A stretch of DNA of 6,259 nt from NCBI GenBank assembly GCA_016748015.1, contig JAAOMT010000425.1, forward strand, positions 1-6,259, written 5' to 3'. Shown piece by piece: positions 1 to 6,259 of the stretch (position 1 is the stretch's first letter; the number at the start of each line of letters is the position of its first letter). The position numbers and the translations under genes were made by a program. This DNA comes from Geosiphon pyriformis uo1 (Eukaryota; Fungi; Glomeromycota). The notes below the pieces were generated by a model that was not told the DNA's origin, made no database searches, and saw only the letters and a list, made by a program, of their open reading frames with translations.

Positions 1-37
1 GGCAAAGGCCCCCCCCCCCCCCACCCCCCAAGTCATG
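1..37 (+). repeat. Terminal direct repeat, left copy (circularisation overlap)
   Basis: GGCAAAGG-C14-A-C6-AAGTCATG at 1-37 is identical to 6223-6259. Confidence 0.97.
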
Positions 38-39
38 AG

Positions 40-300
40 GTACTTGACTGCCATCAATGGTGTGGTGTTGTTGTTTGGTTTTTTTTAGGTCCTGTCCCGT
101 CCCCACTAGTGATTGGTGGATGGATTGGTTGGATTGGGGTTTGTTTTGGAAGTTTTATGGTTAATGGGGTCCCATTGGTGACTTGGTTGGGGTTATGGTT
201 GGGTACTTGGTTCAGCTGTGGTCCCCTGAAGAGAGGGAGGGATTGGACTTGTGAAGTTGGGCTGGACGGGTAGTTGGATTGGGGTTTGGGTGGTAAAGTC
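40..300 (+). repeat. G/T-rich low-complexity tract
   Basis: Dominated by TTGG/GGTT/GGATT words with few C; same character as 5020-5630. Confidence 0.8.
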
Positions 301-884
301 CCCGTCTATGGAGACAGTAGATACTGGGTTATACTCATTAATACAACCCTTTGTTGGTGTTTTGGATGTACTTGTAAGGGCCCTGTTAGTAAGGGCTCGC
401 AGTAAACCCTGTAAGGGGATAAGGATTGGGTAATGTGGTTACCCTTTTTGTAAGGGATCCATGTGATACCATACCCTTTTTTTTGTTTAGAGTCAGATAG
501 ATGTATTACCGTCTGGGATGGAGTATGGGTACCATTGGTTGAACCCGTGGTAAACCTTTAGTTGGGATCCCTAGATTCTTGGGCATAACAGGATCAAACT
601 AGACGATTTGGCAGTAGACATACAACTTGTGTAGTGTTGTAATACCCTAAATTTAATACACTAGGTATTTTGATCCCCATGGAGAGTTGGTACCCCCAAT
701 GGGTAGTCAATGGGATGGTATAGACCGGTGATAAAAATAGTGGATTTGGGATACTCGTATACTTGGTACATATTTGTAAACCACCTGCCCTGGATTGTGT
801 ATCCCTGTATGTGCTTATTCGGGGATCCCATTGATTATTGGTACCTCCCCCTTTTTTATTGGTTTGTTTTTTGTACCTGTCTTG

Positions 885-914
885 TTATCCCCCCCCCCAC
901 CCCCCACCCATGAG
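885..914 (+). repeat. Poly-C motif TTAT-C10-A-C6-A-CC-CATGAG
   Basis: Same Cn-A-C6/7 layout as 9-39 (C14-A-C6-AAGT-CATGAG) and 3215-3251 (TTAT-C25-A-C7). Confidence 0.8.
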
Positions 915-947
915 TCGTAGGTGATACCGTAGTTGCCTACGTCCTCA
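911..947 (+). other. Stem-loop flanked by C-tracts
   Basis: CGTAGGTGAT (916-925) pairs with GTTGCCTACG (932-941): 10 bp including 3 G-T/U pairs, loop ACCGTA. Outer TGAG (911-914) pairs with CTCA (944-947). Confidence 0.65.
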
Positions 948-971
948 CCCCCCCCCCTAGCCCCGGGGGGC

Positions 972-1108
972 GGGGGGAGGGCCCTACCCAACCCCCACCA
1001 CCAACCCATTGGACACTTTACTTGCTCGATCCTAGCCCCTTGGGGACCCTGCCCTAGGTACTTCCCCCTTGGAAAATCAAAAGCCCTGTTGGGTGAGGGC
1101 CCCCCCCT
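972..1108. repeat. GC-rich inverted repeat (~20-bp stem) enclosing an inner hairpin
   Basis: GGGGGGAGGGCCCTACCCAAC (972-992) is complementary to GTTGGGTGAGGGCCCCCCCCT (1088-1108) with two single-base bulges. CCCCTTGGGG (1036-1045) sits at the centre, and CCTAG/CTAGG lie at 1031/1054. Confidence 0.7.
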
Positions 1109-1379
1109 TAGTAGGAGTCGTCTAGCTGAAACTAAGTATCAAAGATCAGCGCCCTTTGATTGGAGTCTGATACTAAAGGACCCTTTGCCTAAAGAGAAAT
1201 GTGGAGCCAAGTACTGATATCCCTTTGAGAACACTGGTCTGCTTATTGGTTTACCCTTATGAACGACATGGAGTAAAATGGAGACATGGTAGCAGCAAAA
1301 CGGGCATTTGTACAACTCTCTGAGTACTATCTTTGTAGCACATTTTGTCTATTTGTTGTACACCTTACCATATGTGCTT

Positions 1380-2105
1380 TTAACTCCTCTTGGACTCGAT
1401 CCATTTATGGACAGCATGAGTTATGGTATTTTGTACGCTGTATTCCTGAGGCCCCCCGTAGGTAGGAGGCGGATTAGCAATTACAACTAGAGTCTTGTTT
1501 TGTACACACTCTAATTTGTAGTACAACGGTACCAGTAGTACTGCCACACACCTGTGATATGTACCCATCCCTCACTGGTTGTTAAAGCAGGCCTCAGTCA
1601 CCTATTCCCTGGCATTGAAGATTTGATGGAGGATTGGTCCCGATTTGGGATTTACATGGTGAGGCCCCTGGGTGGTACTCAATTTGGGACCCTGCAAGTA
1701 CTTGGTAGTAGGCTCCATACAACCCCCTTTGTTTGTGATGGGACCATAGACAACCGTATTTCCACCAAGTATGCTATTAACTGCAATTGGTGATTTGGGT
1801 ACCATTGATAGTGACAAGGGCACCCCCCGTCTACCATCCCTACTTATGTTAACGACTCTGCCTTTTACTACAGTATAGAGCTGGATATCAAACTGGTCGT
1901 TGAATACTAAGTATCCCAAATTTACGGGAGATTGGTTTGCTTTGGATGGCCCTTATACGGGCTTGGCTATCACAAGTCCTTTGTACCCTAAGCTGGCAGG
2001 TACCAAAGTAAGCTTACCATAGTAGGAGGGATCAAGCTTTACCAATAGGACAAGGATACTTGTTGTAAACCCTGCAAGGGCGCGCAAGCCCCCCCCCCTA
2101 CTCGC
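1380..2105 (-). pseudogene. Possible decayed or recoded reading frame of unknown product
   Basis: ORFs 1602..1919 and 1380..1568 share one minus frame, which is open from 2105 to 1380 (~240 codons) except TAA (1953-55), TAG (1602-04) and TGA (1572-74). No family motif recognised. Confidence 0.2.
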
Positions 2106-2150
2106 CTACATTAGTCAAAGCTTTGTACATCCGCGATCCCTCCGGCCTCC
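2049..2150 (+). promoter_or_regulatory. CpG/poly-C island with small hairpins (repeated node motif)
   Basis: Contains the GACAAG-GATA-CTTGTT hairpin (2049-2064), GGGC..GCCC around GCGCAA, C10 (2089-2098) and several CpGs. Shares CGCAAGCCC...CGCCTA with 4072-4103. Function is inferred only. Confidence 0.35.
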
Positions 2151-2369
2151 TTAAAGCAATGGTTATCGGTACCTTACTTTTTGCATGGATGTGTTAGATG
2201 CTTGGTTACCCTTGATGGCAGGAACCCTTTACTTAGGACTATGAGATGGACAGGACATATTAAGCTAATAGGGGTCCCTAGTACTTCTTGAGGCGATAAT
2301 ATAGAAGTAAATACCTTTTTGCCACATACAACCCCAGGCCAATACAAGGAAGCACACAAATGCCAATAA

Positions 2370-2732
2370 CGGTACTGTAACTACTTTTGAGGCCGATGCT
2401 CTTCTAGGACTACTGACCAGCCTGTGCGCCTATTTTCTGATAAAGGTACCAAGGCTCTATGATTCTGACACGTTATGAGTACAAGCACTGATGATACTTT
2501 TCCTCATAGGGCCCTAAAACCAGGTATAATCTGACTATCCCCTATGGATACAGGCATTAGCCTTGGATACTACTGAGGATTACCCTTATACAGCGATAGT
2601 GATACACTACAACCTCAGAATTTTACCCATTGACTAAGTACCATTAATACCCTTTATAGGATACTAGTAAACAGGTATCGTACCTACCTTTATACACAAT
2701 ACCCTCGGACCATAGTGAATACCTCCCTATAG
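2370..2732 (+). CDS. Hypothetical ~120-codon frame, open only if TGA=Trp (code 4); product unknown
   Basis: Between TAA (2367-69) and TAG (2730-32) there are six in-frame TGA, no TGG and no TAA/TAG. Contains LWFWHV and GYYWG but no convincing homology; could be chance. Confidence 0.15.
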
Positions 2733-3205
2733 AGAAGTAAGCAAAGAAGCTTCTGACCCCTCCCTGTAAATCTTCCTTTACCCCCCCCCTTTTAGCAATC
2801 AAAGCTGTGCATACAGAGCCTTTGGTACAACAGTATTAAGGGGACTTGGAAGCATTGGTATAGCATCAAAATGGAGCCATAAGACTGCCAAGGAGCTCTG
2901 CCAAGGGCCCATAAAACTTTACCATATAAGGTAGCCTATCCTTTAAGCCACAATAGATCCCATAAAAAGGGACCTTGGGTACTTTTTGCTTAGCTATAGG
3001 ATTTAGGTCCACAAGCTATTTTTAGCCACTGATTATGAGGTACTTGTCCCTTTGTTTATCCACCCATTAGGGATAAAGTTTAGAGCCCTATCTTACCTCA
3101 AGTTCCTATAACCCTATCACCGCCACCATACCCATGATAAGCCCTAAAGCTCCGCCGATCCACTTTACCCCTTTACCCAAAGCGATTGGTAGAGTTTTGA
3201 TCATA

Positions 3206-3251
3206 CCCCCCCCCTTATCCCCCCCCCCCCCCCCCCCCCCCCCACCCCCCC
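3206..3251 (+). repeat. Long poly-C tract (C9-TTAT-C25-A-C7); G-quadruplex-capable on the minus strand
   Basis: Directly visible homopolymers; the exact length may be an assembly estimate. Confidence 0.9.
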
Positions 3252-3257
3252 TGCTGC

Positions 3258-3376
3258 CTGGGTACTCAAATACCCATCCCCCCAATCACCATCTCTAATA
3301 TTGGGTAGTATTGGGTACTACTATGGGTAGTATTGGGGTAAAGATTGGGTACTGACACTGCTGGGTACTCAATACC
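3258..3376 (+). repeat. Degenerate TGGGTA(G/C)T repeat cluster bracketed by a 16-17 nt direct repeat
   Basis: TTGGGTAGTA TTGGGTACTA CTATGGGTAGTA TTGGGGTA..TTGGGTACT (3301-3353); CTGGGTACTCAA(A)TACC at 3258-3274 and 3361-3376. Confidence 0.75.
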
Positions 3377-3864
3377 TCCAGGTACTCTACCCAGATACCT
3401 TATACTTCTCACTACCTGGTTGACTACTACCCTATCCCCATGGGTACTTAATCATCACACAAACTCCATGGGGACTATTACCCTATATACACAATACTTG
3501 GGGCCTATCAGATGCCCATTTACTTACTCGGCCCCGCCTGGTTATCATGGTGACAACTATCATGCCAGATGTTGGAGTCTTTGGGACTCTTATACGGCTC
3601 ATACCCCTAGACCTACTACCCCCTCGGGTCCTGAAATTCCCTACTACCCTTATGATCCTACTCACTACCCATAGACCATAACTATCCATTACGGGATTAG
3701 GGTATCAGACTACTTACCCATACACCATTGGATCTCATAGACCTGAGTACTACCCATACACCTATGGTACATTGAGTATTATACCCCCCCACAGCCCCCA
3801 ATATAAGGAGTACTTTTGGGTACGGTACCAAGATCCCATACACCCCTACACAATTAGGGTAGAT

Positions 3865-4120
3865 CCCCCCTATGCGCCAGCTCGCTATGGCGCTACCATA
3901 GACCCCTTTACGCCCAAGGTTTGTAGTCCCCGACGGTACCCCCTACGGTGCGGCGTATAGGCGAAGGGGTTTGTTACCCCCCCCCGTCTTTGCGACGACG
4001 AGATACGGGTACTTGGTTGTGGACAGGTTGGGATTTTCTAGTATTTGGGTCCCTGATGCCCCCCCACTGGTCGCAAGCCCTCTGGGGGGGGAGGCTCCGC
4101 CTATAAGCTCCCCCTGGCGG
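3865..4120. promoter_or_regulatory. CpG-rich multi-hairpin node at the GC-skew switch; candidate replication origin / control region
   Basis: About 18 CpG in ~250 nt, versus none in 3185-3528 or 4122-4317. Stems at 3898-3914/3960-3974, 3874-3879/3888-3893, 3983-3987/4005-4009, 4059-4066/4083-4090 and 4087-4093/4108-4114. C-rich to the left, G-rich to the right. The origin role is inference. Confidence 0.5.
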
Positions 4121-4205
4121 TGAGGGTAGTTGGGGTTTGGGTTGGGTACCCAATTTCCTAGTGCCACCCCTTGTAGAATCAGTATCCTGCCTACCCCTGT
4201 ATTGG

Positions 4206-4229
4206 TTACACCTACCAAGGTTGGTGTAA
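4206..4229. repeat. Near-perfect 24-bp palindrome
   Basis: TTACACCTACC-AA-GGTTGGTGTAA: 10 of 11 positions are complementary. Confidence 0.8.
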
Positions 4230-5019
4230 GTACATGGAGTATAAATAACCATTTGGATCTATAGGGTAGTCCCCAACTGAGTTAGATTCTAGTATACCTG
4301 GGTTTGGTAGGACCCACCGGGGAAGTACCCTTGGCTTGGGGGGGAGAGTTGGTATGGCCGGGGCATTATTGTTGATACATTGTTGGACCTTGAGTGGGTA
4401 TTGATTGCGGTTCCAATAGGGATAGTACTGTTGGTCAACATTGGTACCTTTTTACTACCAGAGTCTTTACACACCCCTGTTTGGGATCCCTCGTTGGTTG
4501 GGGTGGTTGTTGGGGGGATCCGTGGGGATAAAACCAAGTAGTGGTTTGGGATCAACAGGGTTACAACCCCCAACCCCACCACAGGGGGTTTTGAGGATTG
4601 GGTACCTCGGTTTAGTAAAGTGGTCAGTATGGTAGAGGTTGATTGGAGCTGTTGTTGATTGGTTGGATAGGGGAGTTGGGCCGGGTGATTGGGGACCCTG
4701 TACGTGTATTTAGTATCCTTGTACATTGGTAGACCTCCCATATAGGTGTACTGACTTTTTAGGGGTTTTATGGTGGTGGTAGGTAAAGTAGAGGGGGATC
4801 CCTCTTTATATGTTGCATCCCACCAATACCCTCTGATAGGTACCATTTACACCTTTAGTGGTTGTGTAAGCAATCCCCAATATTTTAATACCGCCATCAC
4901 TCTTGGGTCCTTTGTTTTTTGTGATACTTGTTTGGCCCCATACACCTCTATAGATTGGCAATTACTCTACTAAATATCCCCATATGATTGATTGGCCCTG
5001 CGGTCAGATATAGGATATG

Positions 5020-5630
5020 GTTTGCTTATGATTTGGTTATATTAGGGGTAGGAGGGTGGGGGTTGGGTATTTGGTAGTTAGCTTGTTTGGTCAGTGGGTT
5101 CATGGTCCTGAGGGTTGGGAATGGGTATTTGGTAAGATTGGTACCTGATGGTGACGGGTACCCTAAATGGTCGGGTAGAGTTGGATAGATTTTATTAAGG
5201 GGAGACTTGGTAATTGGTGAAGTTATGTGGTTTTTGTATTGTTTGTAGGTTTTGTGGTATGGTTTGGAAATGGTGTGGTTTGGTAGGGTATCAGTGGGGT
5301 TGGGTTGGATTGGTTGTGGGGAGGTTTTTGTCATGGTTATGGTGGTGTGTTTGGGTTCCAAGGGTTGATTTTGGGATTGGTGGGACTGGGTTTGATTGGG
5401 CAATTTGGGGGTAGTTGTTTGGGTATTTGGTTGGGGTTGGACCCGATGGATCCGTATACCCTTTGTTGGGTTGGATGGCTATTGGGTCTGGTCAGAAATG
5501 GATTGTTGTACAAGTGTTGTCCCATTTTTGGATCCTGGTGGTTATGGAGTGTCATGAATGTTTGTTTGTGGGTTTGGGTGTTGGATAGGTTTAGATTGGT
5601 TTTGTAAAGGGTACTGTGGGTATTGGTACT
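5020..5630 (+). repeat. Strongly G/T-skewed low-complexity region
   Basis: For example, 5341-5400 has 28 G versus 3 C (manual count). This explains the W/G/V-rich plus-strand and P/N/T/Q-rich minus-strand ORFs here. Confidence 0.85.
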
Positions 5631-6222
5631 GCTTATTCTAGTGCTATGATCCTCAAGTCCTAAAGTACCAACACTTCAATAGGTAAGCTCCCTAGACCCA
5701 GACAATGGTTCACAACAGGAGATACATAGTAATACTTACAATTAGACGGGAGTGGCGTTGGTGATAGGTACATTATTGGAGCTGTACTTCAACTCGTTGG
5801 GACATGAGGCCTACCTCTAATGGTTACAGCTTTTATGGCTCCTATACATTAATACTTGTATACCTCTACTGCTTGCAACATACACGGTAGAGTATTCCGA
5901 TTCTTACAGGGCTCTATAAGTATACTGAGATCCCTACTGATTTATTAGGCCATGTACTTTAAACAACCAGTTTGGATGCTCCATTATAGGAGTCAGGGTT
6001 GATTTGAAATCTTTGAGTCTTGGGAGTGTAGATTGGTGTGGAGGGGGACTCCTAATAGCTTTTAACCCCATAGCCTTGTCAGAGGGTATCATTTGTAGGT
6101 ATTTTGTACTCATTGGGTACCCCGTCGTGGCAGTGGCTTTAAAAGCCTTATTGGAGGAGAAAGTAGTCATGATGGGATGGAGAGGCTATGTAGTATAATC
6201 ATAGAGGTTTGTTTGGTCATTG

Positions 6223-6259
6223 GGCAAAGGCCCCCCCCCCCCCCACCCCCCAAGTCATG
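6223..6259 (+). repeat. Terminal direct repeat, right copy (circularisation overlap)
   Basis: Exact 37-nt copy of 1-37, ending at the last base of the window. Confidence 0.97.

Larger units (their letters stand above)
1..6222. other. Putative complete 6222-bp circular, apparently non-coding element (minicircle-like), or one monomer of a tandem array
   Basis: Exact terminal overlap is typical of assembler output for circles. No recognisable gene; strand-asymmetric arms; structured GC-rich nodes. Confidence 0.7.

Noticed and set aside
1-37. Terminal repeats as LTRs or att sites
   Set aside because: Only 37 nt and flush with both contig ends, with no integrase or TG..CA termini; an assembly overlap is simpler.
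1308-1490. Cox1/Cob-like snippets (VAHFVY, TPLGLD, ELWYF, YAVFLR)
   Set aside because: Scattered over different frames and proteins, and the essential His/Pro residues are absent.
226-2600. Hammerhead-core words CTGANGA at 226, 2488 and 2574
   Set aside because: No stem II followed by GAAA, and no closing stems.
2885-3178. Short tandem duplications (CTGCCAAGG x2 at 2885/2898; CTTTACCC x2 at 3163/3171) as CRISPR or iterons
   Set aside because: Only two short copies each, with no repeat-spacer array; ordinary slippage.
4060-4120. Twister-ribozyme-like loop GGTCGCAAGCCC (and TAA..GC..AAGCCC at 2066-2091)
   Set aside because: P4 is too short and the pseudoknot partner of the loop is missing; worth a cmscan but not supportable by eye.
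4289-4846. Longest ORF (185 aa, minus strand)
   Set aside because: P/T/Y-rich translation of the C/A-rich strand, where stops are scarce; no domain motif recognised.
5026-5607. Four overlapping ORFs on both strands, including a CxxC-like CGFCIVCRFC
   Set aside because: Products of extreme G/T skew; low-complexity translations.
1-6259. CRESS-DNA virus, ambivirus, obelisk, retroelement or apicomplexan 6-kb mitochondrial genome
   Set aside because: All require long recognisable ORFs, which are absent. Spot checks beside the 972/1108 stem showed no genome-wide rod pairing.

Overview
The first 37 nt are repeated exactly as the last 37 nt, so this is most simply a circular-mapping molecule (or tandem-repeat monomer) of 6222 bp. 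I recognise no protein gene in any frame: no Rep, reverse transcriptase, RdRp, integrase, capsid or respiratory/photosynthetic subunit. Most listed ORFs reflect skewed base composition. The sequence is still clearly organised. (1) A C/A-rich arm (~3100-3900) flips abruptly to a G/T-rich arm (~4110-5630, continuing at 40-440) across a CpG-rich, highly self-complementary node at ~3865-4120, a candidate replication origin or control region. (2) A second structured node lies roughly opposite (~885-1110). (3) Poly-C/CpG islands carrying an AAGCCC...GCTCCGCC-like motif recur about every 1 kb. (4) GTAC and GGTACC are strongly over-represented, while CpG is scarce outside the islands. Best working hypothesis (inference only): an apparently non-coding mini-chromosome or satellite-like circle, reminiscent of protist organellar minicircles, or a large viroid-like/plasmid-like replicon. 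Its host and any cargo cannot be established from the sequence alone.
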